NCBI GenBank assembly: GCA_017444245.1
Contig: JAFSXD010000001.1
Location: forward strand, 1-61,049
Reading direction: 5' to 3'
DNA from: Selenomonadaceae bacterium
Lineage (GTDB): Bacteria > Bacillota > Negativicutes > Selenomonadales > Selenomonadaceae
DNA: 61,049 nucleotides
Positions within the stretch are counted from its first letter, which is position 1. Each line of letters starts with the position of its first letter. The notes under the pieces were generated by a model. It was not told the origin of the DNA. It ran no database searches and worked only from the letters and a program-made list of their open reading frames with translations. The position numbers and the translations under genes are program-made. Shown in pieces: positions 27,159-36,486 of this stretch.

Positions 27159-27449
27159 TCAAAGTTCAGCTCTAACGTCATTGGTTATGTCGACTTCTTG
27201 TCCGCGTTTCAACTTCTTGCGAATTTTCGACGGCACTTCATCAGCGGGCACAACGCCGAAATTATTTTTTCGATCCATACCGGAAATAACCGATAAGAAC
27301 GAACCGGAGTCACGGAATTTAATTTCGACTTTATCGCCTTCGCTCAAAGCTAAAACTTTTGTCGAGCTATTTTTACGAAAATAATTCAAAACTCCTTCCC
27401 AGTCCGTGATAAATTCAGGAAACACCTGAGGAATTTTAGCAATAACCAC
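27159..27449 (-). CDS. hypothetical protein (96 aa)
   Basis: The ORF lies upstream of rnhB. I recognised no motif. Confidence 0.45.
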   Translation of the reverse strand: MVIAKIPQVFPEFITDWEGVLNYFRKNSSTKVLALSEGDKVEIKFRDSGSFLSVISGMDRKNNFGVVPADEVPSKIRKKLKRGQEVDITNDVRAEL

Positions 27450-27551
27450 AGCGGAACAACTCCTTCATTTAGCTTCTAGTTTTAGGTTGAGATTATTTTA
27501 TCATGTCAAAAAAAATTGTAAACCGAAAAATTCTCAAGCCGTCGCCGCGCA

Positions 27552-30500
27552 GTGTCGCCACTTGCTTTTAGGAAAAAATGGTGTAATAATACAAACACAA
27601 TTTCAGTTTTGGAACGGCAAAAATTTTTTCCGAAAGGACCGGTTAAATTGAAACAGAAAACTGTAACTTTGAGAAGTCGCGAAGAATTTTTTGTTTGGAT
27701 TAATGAGCTAAAGTCAAGCGAAGATTATAAAAACGCACAAAAAATTTTGTTCAAAATCATGACTGCGGCGGAAAAATTTACCAACACAGACGCAAGATCC
27801 ATGCATTACGAACTTAAAAAAAATTTCCCCGACGCGGGAATTATGGGCGTTTCCATGACAAGTTTTTCCACGAAGAACGGTAAGGGCGGTTGGTTCTCCA
27901 AGTTCAGAGAGGACAACAACAACGTCGTGGTCAGCACATTTTTTTTCTATTCTTCGACGGTAGAAATTTTTGAAATTGACGCCGACGAAATTAACAGTTT
28001 TGGTGAGACCATAGAATATTTTGTTGAGAGTTTGAAAAAAGTTCCGAACTTAAAAGGCGTCGAAATAATTTGCTCAAGCAAACAACCGTTCATCACTAAA
28101 GCGTTGGATTTGCTGTCAAAAGATTTTCCGGACGTACCTTTTTTTGGCGCGCTTGCCGGAATGATTCACACGGAAAAAGTTACCTGCCAGTACCACAGCA
28201 TCATAAACGAAATGCGTGGCAAAACGGGAACGCAATTTGTCATGGGCAAAGATTATCACGTTGAAGGCGTGGTTATGGCGGCGTACAGCGGCGAAGATTT
28301 AAACGTAATGGTTAATTACGGATTCGGCTGGAAACCTATCGGCAAAGAAATGACTGTCACTGAAACACTCGGCGAATCCTGCTTGGCGAAAGTTGACGGC
28401 GTTCCCGCGATTGACATTTACAAAAAATATTTGAGTATCGTCCCCAATGAATATTTGATGTTCAACGTCTTTGAATTTCCTCTTCTTGTGGATCGTGGCG
28501 GCGTCGACGTTGCCCGCATACCGAATTTGTACGACGAGTACGGCAGACTTTATTTTAACACAGACGTTAAATGTGATGAAAAAGTTCGTTTAAGTTACGC
28601 CAACCCCGCCGATTTGTTGAGAGAATCTGAAAACGTCGGACGCGCATTTAAAAATTTCGACGCGCAGGCAATAACGCTTTACATTTGCGGGGCGCGAACA
28701 ATTTTCTTGAAAGCTGATTCGCAAGTTGAAATAGGAATTTTTAGGAAAGTCAATCCCAACGCGGTGTACTGTTTCGGCAACGGAGAAATTTACAAATATC
28801 AAGGCAAGGGCGGCATGCTCGGTTCGGCAATAATTTCAGCCGCCTTTCGTGAAGGTCCCGCGCTTGAAACTTCGGTGTGTGATGCGCCTATCGTTGCTGA
28901 AAAATTTTCAGGTATCATTCCTTTGGCAAAACGTCTTGCGGCATTTTTGGAAGCGACGACCGACGAACTTAAAGCGACAAACGAAAATTTGAAAGACGCG
29001 GCGGAGGCGGCGGAGGCGGCGAATAAATCCAAATCGCAATTCCTCTCCAACATGAGCCACGAAATCAGGACGCCGATTAACGCCATACTCGGAATGAACG
29101 AAATGATTTTGCGCGAATCCAACGACAAAACTATTTTGGAGTACGCTGAAAATATTCGCAGTGCCGGAAACAGTTTGCTTGGAATTGTCAACGACATTTT
29201 GGACTTCAGCAAAATTGAAGCGGGCAAAATGGATATTATCCCCGTCGAATATTCGTTGAGTTCCCTGCTGAATGACTTGGTTAACATGGTGCAGAAACGC
29301 GCAGAAGATAAAAATTTGGAATTTCACATTGAAGTTGATGAAACTTTGCCCAGCGAACTTTTCGGCGACGAAATCAGAATTAAACAAGTTATCACAAATA
29401 TTTTGACGAACGCCGTCAAGTACACGGAGAAAGGCGGCGTCACGCTCAAAGTTGGTTACAAAAAAAATTCCGATGAAGAAATTTTACTTTGCGTCAGCGT
29501 CAAAGACACGGGCATTGGAATTAAGCCGGAGGATATTAAAAAACTTTTCAGCGCGTTTGAACGCATTGAGGAGAAACGCAACCGCACAATCGAAGGCACG
29601 GGCTTGGGCATGAATATAACGCAACGCCTTCTTGAAATGATGGGGACTTCTCTGCAAGTTGCCAGCGTGTACGGCGAAGGTTCGGAATTTTATTTTGAAA
29701 TCGCGCAGAAAATTATCAACGATCATCCGATTGGAAATTTCGCCGAAACTTACCGCCATTCGCTTAGCCAACACAAAAAGTACAAAGAAAAATTTACCGC
29801 GCCGAATGCCAGAATTTTAGTCGTCGACGATACGGTTATGAATTTAACCGTTGTGAAAGGTTTGCTGAAGACGACGAAAGTTAGAATTGACACGGCGGAG
29901 AGCGGCTTTGAATGTTTGAATCTGGTGACGCAAACAAAGTACGATATAATTTTTTTGGATCATCGCATGCCGGGAATTGACGGAATCGAAACGCTCAAGC
30001 GCATGAAAAATCTTGAAGGAAATTTGAACGTCGACACGCCGACAATTTCGCTCACGGCAAACGCGGTTAGCGGCGCAAGAAAAATTTATTTGGACGCGGG
30101 CTTTCAAGATTATTTGACGAAACCTATCGACAGTTCCAAACTTGAAGAGATGATGATAGCGTACTTGCCGAAAGAAAAAGTTATTTTCAATGGGGCGGGC
30201 GCGGGCGACGCGGAGACGGACGAAGAAGAAAAAATTCCTGCGTGGCTGAACGAAATTTCCGGTCTGGACGTTGAAGAGGGAATTAAGCATTGCGGCGGCA
30301 TTTCGTCGTACCTTGACGCGTTGACGGTCTTTGCCAAATCAATAATGTCCGGCGCGAAAGAAATTGCGGAATTTTACGGGCGCAACGACATAAAAAATTA
30401 CACCGTCAAAGTCCACGCGTTGAAAAGTTCTGCGCGGGTTGTCGGTGCAAAGGAATTGAGCGAAAGGGCGCGGCGGCTTGAAGAGGCGGGCAATGCCGGC

Positions 30501-30815
30501 TACGTCGACGAGATAAAAAAATTTACTGACGGACTTTTGGAACTGTACATAAGTTTTGCGGATAAATTGTCGCCGCTGATTAAGGTTGAAGAAGACGACG
30601 CGGACAAACCGCCGATTGACGAAGACGCGTTGGCGGAGGCTTACGAAACATTGCGGGAAGTCGCGCAAACTTTTGACTACGATTCAATGTTGTTTGTGAT
30701 TCAATCGTTGGAGGAATATAAATTGCCGACGGACGAGGCGAAAAAATTTTCCGCGCTGAAAGTTGCCGCCGAAAAACCCGATTGGGAAAAAGTTCATGAG
30801 TTGCTTGCAAGTTAA
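27552..30815 (+). CDS. hybrid sensor histidine kinase/response regulator with a FIST-like N-terminal sensor, HisKA-HATPase, REC and HPt domains
   Basis: FLSNMSHEIRTPIN (H-box), DTGIGI and GTGLGM boxes, VVDDTVMN..DHRMPGIDG (REC), and a C-terminal HPt-like VHALKSSARVVGA. The real start may be the TTG at 27648 (AAAGGA RBS). Confidence 0.85.
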   Translation: MSPLAFRKKWCNNTNTISVLERQKFFPKGPVKLKQKTVTLRSREEFFVWINELKSSEDYKNAQKILFKIMTAAEKFTNTDARSMHYELKKNFPDAGIMGVSMTSFSTKNGKGGWFSKFREDNNNVVVSTFFFYSSTVEIFEIDADEINSFGETIEYFVESLKKVPNLKGVEIICSSKQPFITKALDLLSKDFPDVPFFGALAGMIHTEKVTCQYHSIINEMRGKTGTQFVMGKDYHVEGVVMAAYSGEDLNVMVNYGFGWKPIGKEMTVTETLGESCLAKVDGVPAIDIYKKYLSIVPNEYLMFNVFEFPLLVDRGGVDVARIPNLYDEYGRLYFNTDVKCDEKVRLSYANPADLLRESENVGRAFKNFDAQAITLYICGARTIFLKADSQVEIGIFRKVNPNAVYCFGNGEIYKYQGKGGMLGSAIISAAFREGPALETSVCDAPIVAEKFSGIIPLAKRLAAFLEATTDELKATNENLKDAAEAAEAANKSKSQFLSNMSHEIRTPINAILGMNEMILRESNDKTILEYAENIRSAGNSLLGIVNDILDFSKIEAGKMDIIPVEYSLSSLLNDLVNMVQKRAEDKNLEFHIEVDETLPSELFGDEIRIKQVITNILTNAVKYTEKGGVTLKVGYKKNSDEEILLCVSVKDTGIGIKPEDIKKLFSAFERIEEKRNRTIEGTGLGMNITQRLLEMMGTSLQVASVYGEGSEFYFEIAQKIINDHPIGNFAETYRHSLSQHKKYKEKFTAPNARILVVDDTVMNLTVVKGLLKTTKVRIDTAESGFECLNLVTQTKYDIIFLDHRMPGIDGIETLKRMKNLEGNLNVDTPTISLTANAVSGARKIYLDAGFQDYLTKPIDSSKLEEMMIAYLPKEKVIFNGAGAGDAETDEEEKIPAWLNEISGLDVEEGIKHCGGISSYLDALTVFAKSIMSGAKEIAEFYGRNDIKNYTVKVHALKSSARVVGAKELSERARRLEEAGNAGYVDEIKKFTDGLLELYISFADKLSPLIKVEEDDADKPPIDEDALAEAYETLREVAQTFDYDSMLFVIQSLEEYKLPTDEAKKFSALKVAAEKPDWEKVHELLAS

Positions 30816-30835
30816 GCGTCGAAAAAAAAATTTTA

Positions 30836-31478
30836 CCATTCAGTGATGGAAATAATTTTGTTCATATCGTTTAAAGATATAAGCCAAACTTTTTCAACAA
30901 CAAAATTGCAGTCGTCAAAACGGAAGATAAAAGCCTTTGGATAACTTATCTTGTAATCTCGTAGTTTGCGTCGCCAAAATCAATGTAGACCGGCTGAATT
31001 GGAAGAATACCAACTTCGTAAGGATTAATGGCACTTTTTTCTTGGAATAACGCAATTTTTGCTGAGCGGAAAAATTTCAACCGATGGACTACCGTCAGAA
31101 GAAGATTTTTCACGATAAACTCGTTCAACACGGAAAATGCAAAATGTTCGTCACGTGTTCACACTTACCAAAAAATTTTTTCGGCAAAGCACCGTGTACT
31201 ATCAAATTTTTTGGAGTTAAAACTTTTATTCCTTCTTCAAGTCCCTGCACAAAGAATTGACGTTCTTCCAAATTTTTTAAGCAACCGAGCGAGCCGATAG
31301 CAATATGCCACCAGTGAGCTAAAAGTCGCCCATTAAAAATTGCATCCTTTTGCTTGTGTAAAGGCATGTTCCGCAGGACGCTGAAATCCGGTGAAATTAC
31401 TCCATAAAATTTTTTCAATATAGGCAAATATTTCTTCGGAGCTTTCCAGATTTTTGTAGAGACACTCTTTAAAAACAT
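30836..31478 (-). pseudogene. degraded DUF4417-like gene(s), three out-of-frame fragments
   Basis: The fragments are 31478-31125 (..KIWKAPKKYLPILKKFYGVISPDFSVLRNMP..), 31131-30946, and 30945-30836 (YPKAFIFRFDDCNFVVEKVW..). The family assignment is from memory of DUF4417 motifs. Confidence 0.4.
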
Positions 31479-31503
31479 CGGTCATTGTGATTCATCTCTT
31501 TTA

Positions 31504-31520
31504 GATTTGAATTTCAAATC
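31504..31520. promoter_or_regulatory. 17-bp perfect palindrome GATTTGAA-T-TTCAAATC just upstream of the DUF4417-like fragment
   Basis: Read directly. A related copy lies at 32354-32373. Confidence 0.5.
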
Positions 31521-31539
31521 AATTATGTTTCAAAAAAAA

Positions 31540-32340
31540 TTAGAACAATCGCTGCTGTCCCACGCTTTCCTGAAATTCTATTTCGCTACGATAATAATTT
31601 CCTTGATTGTCGACGTAAATTAATTTCAATTCTTTTGAAAGACGAATTTTCACTGCTTCCTTAGACACGCAAAATTTTTCTGCAAGGCATTCTAAGTCAT
31701 ACTCGGTAAACGGCTCAACTATTTTGCTGTATTCTTCCCGTACTAATTTTTCCGGCATCAGAAGATATACCGCAAACAAATCAGCCTGTCTTTCTATATT
31801 CCCGGCAAATTTGCCAACCGCACGACAAAAAAATTTTTTTGTTGCAGGTAGTGCGGTTTTCCTTAAATCCCTGTGCAAAATATAGTGACCGAGTTCATGT
31901 GCTATGGTGAAATTTTTTCTGTCTTTATTGCGACAAAGCTCATACTCTTTTGAAGAATTTAGAACAATTACTTTCTCCGCAACATTAATTGCAGCTAAGA
32001 CATCGCCCGAGTTTGAATAATTACCTAAATCACCTATTCCGAAACTCAAATCGTAAGACAAATCTGCTATTTGCGTTGCCATAACGGGCGGTTCAGTTAC
32101 ATTCTCATTCTGAAGAATATTATTCGCTATTTTCTCAATTTCGAATGGGCGCACAGGATACAACTTATTTTTTCCCTCCGCTTCATCAATAATTTCTTTC
32201 ACAGCCTTGCGTTGTTTAGCATTAAATTTTGGTACGACCCGCAAAAAATCAACAGCCAATTTATCTTGAACGACCATATCTTGAAAATTCTGTGGGACTT
32301 TTTTTGCCAAAATTATTAACTCTTCGGCACTTGTTCCCAA
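31540..32340 (-). CDS. ImmA/IrrE-family metallopeptidase (DUF955)
   Basis: FTIAHELGHYILH (HEXXH). It has a TTG start after an AAGGAG RBS. Confidence 0.8.
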   Translation of the reverse strand: MGTSAEELIILAKKVPQNFQDMVVQDKLAVDFLRVVPKFNAKQRKAVKEIIDEAEGKNKLYPVRPFEIEKIANNILQNENVTEPPVMATQIADLSYDLSFGIGDLGNYSNSGDVLAAINVAEKVIVLNSSKEYELCRNKDRKNFTIAHELGHYILHRDLRKTALPATKKFFCRAVGKFAGNIERQADLFAVYLLMPEKLVREEYSKIVEPFTEYDLECLAEKFCVSKEAVKIRLSKELKLIYVDNQGNYYRSEIEFQESVGQQRLF

Positions 32341-32353
32341 AACTTCTCCTTTA

Positions 32354-32373
32354 GAGTTGAATTTCAGTTCAAC
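32354..32373. promoter_or_regulatory. imperfect palindrome AGTTGAA-tttcag-TTCAACT upstream of the ImmA gene
   Basis: The block tctcctttagagttgaatttcagttcaa matches tctcttttagatttgaatttcaaatcaa at 31494-31523. Confidence 0.5.
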
Positions 32374-32454
32374 TTGCCGAAATTGTCAAGTTTTATTTTG
32401 CGCAAAACTATAATCACGCACGAGCCGACATTAACGACTGCTACACACTAACTC

Positions 32455-32916
32455 TTAAAGTTCGCTGACATTACGCGAAACAATTTCGCCGTTCGTCTCG
32501 CGATAAATTACTGTAGAAATTTGCGCGTTCTTAATCATGCGACGGCAGAGAAGGCACGGCGCACCGGAGGCAAAACTTCCGTCCGCAACATTTATGCCGA
32601 CAATGTAAATAGTCGCGCCCTGCATTTTCAACGGGTCGGCGTTTATAATCGCGTTTTGTTCGCCGTGAACTGCAACGCAAAGTTCGTAACGTTCACCCTT
32701 CGGAACATGCAGGCGTTCACGTTCACAAAGTCCCGTTTCAATGCAATTTGCCTCGCCGCGTGGAGAACCATTGTAACCTGTGCTGATAATGATGTTGTCT
32801 TTCACGATAATTGCGCCGTAACGACGACGAAGACACGTTGAGCGTTTGCCGACTTCCTGCGCGATGTTAAGAAAGTATTCGTCCCAATCGGGGCGTTTAT
32901 TTTTTTCCAAAATCAT
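32455..32916 (-). CDS. dCMP deaminase (ComEB-type)
   Basis: VHGEQNAI and PCLLCRRMI zinc motifs. The start at 32916 has an AAGGGGG RBS. Confidence 0.88.
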   Translation of the reverse strand: MILEKNKRPDWDEYFLNIAQEVGKRSTCLRRRYGAIIVKDNIIISTGYNGSPRGEANCIETGLCERERLHVPKGERYELCVAVHGEQNAIINADPLKMQGATIYIVGINVADGSFASGAPCLLCRRMIKNAQISTVIYRETNGEIVSRNVSEL

Positions 32917-32923
32917 TTCCCCC

Positions 32924-33538
32924 TTAAGCGTCGCCACCACATTTTAAAATTTTCACGTGACGCCCTTCGATTTTCAATTTGCCTTCGACAAAAAGTTTTA
33001 TCGCCTTCGGGTAAATGATATGCTCTTGCTCTAAAATTCGCGCAGATAAAGTTTCTTCGGTGTCGTCGTCGCGAACTTCAACGGCGGCTTGCAAAATTAT
33101 CGGTCCTGAATCCGTGCCTTCGTCTACAAAATGAACCGTGCAACCGGAAATTTTTACGCCGTAATTCAAAACGTCACGGTGTGCATGCGCGCCCGGAAAT
33201 GCAGGCAACAACGACGGATGAATATTCATCAGCCGCCCTTCGTAGTGGCGCACAAATTCCGGACTTAAAATTCTCATGAATCCCGCCAAAACTACCAAGT
33301 CGACGCCTTCAAGATTTTTTAAAAGTTCCGATTCAAAATCTGCGCGGTTTGTAAATTTTTTTCTGTCGACGCAAATATTTTTAATTCCCGCCTTCGCCGC
33401 CCGCTCCAACGCCATGACATTCGGTTTGTCAGTGAGTACGATTGAAATTTCCGCATTGAGTTCGCCGCGTTGAATTGCGTCAATTATCGATTGCAAGTCC
33501 GTGCCGCGCCCCGAACATAAGACTGCTAACTTAGTCAT
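32924..33538 (-). CDS. purN: phosphoribosylglycinamide formyltransferase
   Basis: LAVLCSGRGTDLQ, NIHPSLLPAFPG and HFVDEGTDSGPII motifs. Confidence 0.92.
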   Translation of the reverse strand: MTKLAVLCSGRGTDLQSIIDAIQRGELNAEISIVLTDKPNVMALERAAKAGIKNICVDRKKFTNRADFESELLKNLEGVDLVVLAGFMRILSPEFVRHYEGRLMNIHPSLLPAFPGAHAHRDVLNYGVKISGCTVHFVDEGTDSGPIILQAAVEVRDDDTEETLSARILEQEHIIYPKAIKLFVEGKLKIEGRHVKILKCGGDA

Positions 33539-34577
33539 TGAACACCCCGCCAAAAACTTTTACGCCGCTACCTTCGACGACGCGTCCGATTCTGTAAAAT
33601 TTTTCGCCCGCCGCGTCAAGATATTTACCAATTTCATCAACAAAATTTTTGTCGACGATTAAAACCATGCCGACGCCGCAGTTAAACGTACGGAACATTT
33701 CGCGCCACTCAACATTTCCCCAACTTTGAATCAGCCTGAAAATTTGCGGCACTGCCCAAGCGTCCGCGTCAATTTCCGCGCCAAAATTTTCCGGCAAGGC
33801 ACGCGGGATGTTGTCATAAACACCGCCGCCCGTGATGTGAACCATGCCATGAATTTTTTCACCAAAGTTTTTTATCAGCGGCAGACACGTTGACGGGTAA
33901 AGGCGCGTTGGCGTCAAAAGTTCTTCGCCGATCGTTTTTCCCAGTTCGGAAATAAATTCGTCGCCTTTGAAATTTTTTCGTTCAAAAACAATTTTTCTCA
34001 CGAGTGAAAATCCGTTTGAATGAAGTCCGCTTGACGGCAAACCAAGCAAAACGTCGCCAACTTTTACCCGCGCAGAAGTTATCAGAGATTTTTTTTCCAC
34101 GACGCCGACGGCAAATCCGGCAATGTCATATTCGCCGCCTTGATAAAAGCCGCTCATCTCTGCCGTTTCTCCGCCGATTAAAGCGCAACCCGACGCCTTG
34201 CAAGCCCGCGCAACTCCTCCGACAATTTCCGCAACCTGCGCGGGATTTAATTTGCCGACTGCAAGGTAATCCAAAAAAAATAGCGGCTCCGCGCCCTGTA
34301 CCAAAATGTCATTCACGCACATTGCAACGGCGTCTTGCCCGATCGTGTCGTGCTTGTTGAGACGAAAAGCAATTTTTAATTTCGTTCCCACGCCGTCAGT
34401 GCCGGAAATTAAAATCGGCTCGTCATATTTTTTCAGCGCGAAAAGCCCGCCAAAGCCGCCTAAATCGCCTAAAACTTCTTCGCGATAGGTAGATTTAACC
34501 GCGTCCTTTATAAGCCTAACTGATTCGTTTCCTGCGTCAATGTCAACGCCCGAATCTTTGTATGTCATTCTTTCCAA
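33531..34577 (-). CDS. purM: phosphoribosylformylglycinamidine cyclo-ligase (AIR synthetase)
   Basis: YKDSGVDIDAGN and GTDGVGTKL motifs. Confidence 0.95.
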   Translation of the reverse strand: MERMTYKDSGVDIDAGNESVRLIKDAVKSTYREEVLGDLGGFGGLFALKKYDEPILISGTDGVGTKLKIAFRLNKHDTIGQDAVAMCVNDILVQGAEPLFFLDYLAVGKLNPAQVAEIVGGVARACKASGCALIGGETAEMSGFYQGGEYDIAGFAVGVVEKKSLITSARVKVGDVLLGLPSSGLHSNGFSLVRKIVFERKNFKGDEFISELGKTIGEELLTPTRLYPSTCLPLIKNFGEKIHGMVHITGGGVYDNIPRALPENFGAEIDADAWAVPQIFRLIQSWGNVEWREMFRTFNCGVGMVLIVDKNFVDEIGKYLDAAGEKFYRIGRVVEGSGVKVFGGVFND

Positions 34578-34630
34578 AGTCTTACTTCCTTAAAAAAATT
34601 AGGGAATAGGAAGAAGAAAATTTTTCCAAT

Positions 34631-34652
34631 CCCTACTCCCTACTGAATACTG
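34631..34652. repeat. 7-nt-period boundary repeat (CCCTACT CCCTACT GAATACT)
   Basis: It lies between the purM start and the small secreted-protein gene. The neighbouring tagggaataggaag (34600-34613) is partly complementary to it. Confidence 0.7.
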
Positions 34653-34665
34653 CCTGATGAAATTT

Positions 34666-35007
34666 TTAATAATTCCTGATGACTTGAACCATTTCCCATT
34701 CAATCGGCGTTTCATAGCGATTGGCGATGCCGCTGTAACCTTCGTCGTTGCTGAAACGCATGACATCACGTCCCGAATCGTACCAAAAACTGTAGCCGAG
34801 ATACCTTATGCTTCTGTCCGTGTACATTTTCAAAGTGACGTAGGTCACGCCGTCGTTTGAACGCTCAATCGTATTCGTCAACACGTAGCATTCCCAACCA
34901 GTAGAAGGTGACGTTCCGACGTAAACTTCTGCCGCCTCCGCCTTAGTAATCCCCGCGCAGGTTACGACGACGCTAACAACTAAAACCAACAAAAAATTCT
35001 TCAACAT
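34666..35007 (-). CDS. small secreted hypothetical protein (signal peptide)
   Basis: MLKNFLLVLVVSVVVTCAGITKAEA is a signal peptide. The mature part is Trp/Tyr-rich. The gene is inserted between purC and purM. Confidence 0.6.
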   Translation of the reverse strand: MLKNFLLVLVVSVVVTCAGITKAEAAEVYVGTSPSTGWECYVLTNTIERSNDGVTYVTLKMYTDRSIRYLGYSFWYDSGRDVMRFSNDEGYSGIANRYETPIEWEMVQVIRNY

Positions 35008-35027
35008 GGAAACATGCCCCCTTAGAC

Positions 35028-35070
35028 TTAAAAAAATCGGCGGTCAAGAAAATTTTTCCAAACCGCCGAC
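35028..35070 (-). terminator. rho-independent terminator right after purC
   Basis: On the minus strand: TCGGCGGT-ttggaaaaattttcttg-ACCGCCGA followed by TTTTTTT. Confidence 0.65.
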
Positions 35071-35082
35071 AGTTGCTAAAAA

Positions 35083-35790
35083 TTACATCGTCAAACGTGT
35101 CAACATTTCTTTATAAGCTTCTTCGACGCCGCCCATGTCATGACGGAAACGATCCTTGTCCAATTTTTCATGCGTCGCCATATCCCAGAAACGGCAATTA
35201 TCGGGAGAAATTTCGTCAGCCAAAATAATCTTGTCTCTTTCGTCGCGTCCAAACTCAAGCTTGAAGTCAATCAAATCAATGTTCTTTGAACGCAGAGTAT
35301 CTTTCAAAATCGTGTTGACGCAGAAGGCAATGTGCTCAATTTCGTCCAGTTCGCTGACGCGCGCAATGTCAATCGCCATGATGTGGTAGCGATTAAGCAT
35401 GGGATCGCCCAGTTCGTCATTTTTGTAAAAATATTCCAGCACGGGAACTTTGAGCGGCGTGCCTTCCTCAAGCCCAAGACGTTTTGCAAGACTTCCTGCG
35501 GCGACGTTGCGGACAACAACTTCAAGGGTAATCATGCGCAGAGACTTGACGACCATTTCACGATCGGAAATCGTTTCGACAAAGTGACTTTCAATTCCGC
35601 GCGACTTGAGGAGTTTGAAAAAATACGCGCTGATTTTGTTGTTGATAATGCCCTTGTCTTGAATGGTGCCGCGCTTTTCGCCGTTGCCTGCCGTTGCGTC
35701 GTCTTTGAAGTAGACAATAAATTTGTCCGGCTCATCGGTGGCGTACATAATTTTTGCCTTGCCTTCAAAGAGCATTTCACCTTTCGTCAT
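35083..35790 (-). CDS. purC: SAICAR synthetase
   Basis: LFEGKAKIMY and EVVVRNVAAGSL motifs. Confidence 0.95.
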   Translation of the reverse strand: MTKGEMLFEGKAKIMYATDEPDKFIVYFKDDATAGNGEKRGTIQDKGIINNKISAYFFKLLKSRGIESHFVETISDREMVVKSLRMITLEVVVRNVAAGSLAKRLGLEEGTPLKVPVLEYFYKNDELGDPMLNRYHIMAIDIARVSELDEIEHIAFCVNTILKDTLRSKNIDLIDFKLEFGRDERDKIILADEISPDNCRFWDMATHEKLDKDRFRHDMGGVEEAYKEMLTRLTM

Positions 35791-35802
35791 AAAAAAACCT
35801 CC

Positions 35803-36297
35803 CTACTTTGATTGAAGTTCATTAGCAATTTTTTTAGCTTTCTTCTCCACTTCTTGAACCATTCCCGCGCGGTAATCGTCGAGTTTCAGTTTCAAGTTTT
35901 CATTTTTTACAGCTAGAATCTCAAGTGCAAAAATTGCGGCATTCTTCGCGCCGTTAATCGCCATAGTAGCGACGGGAACGCCCGACGGCATTTGCACTGT
36001 GCTAAGGAGGGAATCCCAGCCCTTGAGCGGTTCAGCGGCAATAGGAACGCCGATAACAGGTCTTGTGGTGTACGAGGCAACGACGCCCGCCAAATGTGCC
36101 GCACAACCCGCCGCCGCTATAAAAACTTTCACGTCCTGCGCGTCACAGCTGTTGACGAACTCTTGGACTTTGTACGGCGTCCGATGAGCCGACGCAACCG
36201 TAACTTCCACGTCAACATTAAATTTATTCAACATGTCGTAGGCTTTCTTCACTACCGACCAGTCGCTGTCACTGCCCATTATAATTGCTACGTCCAA
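35803..36297 (-). CDS. purE: N5-carboxyaminoimidazole ribonucleotide mutase
   Basis: VAIIMGSDSDW and SAHRTP motifs. There is a likely TTG start at 36297 after AAGGGGGGAA. The track ORF is over-extended. Confidence 0.9.
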   Translation of the reverse strand: MDVAIIMGSDSDWSVVKKAYDMLNKFNVDVEVTVASAHRTPYKVQEFVNSCDAQDVKVFIAAAGCAAHLAGVVASYTTRPVIGVPIAAEPLKGWDSLLSTVQMPSGVPVATMAINGAKNAAIFALEILAVKNENLKLKLDDYRAGMVQEVEKKAKKIANELQSK

Positions 36298-36389
36298 AAT
36301 TGCGTTCCCCCCTTGAATTACTTTTCGGCACAATCTTGCAGTACTCGTGCGCCATAAAAATTTCCTTTCGCCAAAAATTTCTGAACATA

Positions 36390-36418
36390 ATAATAACAAT
36401 TTGCCGCGAAACTGTCAA
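36390..36418 (-). promoter_or_regulatory. candidate sigma-70-type promoter of the pur genes
   Basis: On the minus strand: TTGACA (36418-36413), a 17-nt spacer, then TATTAT (36395-36390). Confidence 0.5.
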
Positions 36419-36438
36419 CGATTCGCTAATCCAAATTC

Positions 36439-36467
36439 TTGCCATTGCTCGGCGCGTGATTTATAAT
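36439..36467 (+). promoter_or_regulatory. candidate promoter of mutL (divergent from the pur promoter)
   Basis: TTGCCA (36439-36444), a 17-nt spacer, then TATAAT (36462-36467). Confidence 0.5.
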
Positions 36468-36486
36468 TTGAGCAGAAATTTTTTTA

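Noticed and set aside
36298-36486. Expected purine riboswitch or PurR-type leader upstream of purE
   Set aside because: I looked for the purine-riboswitch core (UAUNNNGGAU..CCGUAAA..GACUA-like elements) on the minus strand and did not find it. Only a promoter-like TTGACA-N17-TATTAT is visible. A covariance-model search would be decisive.
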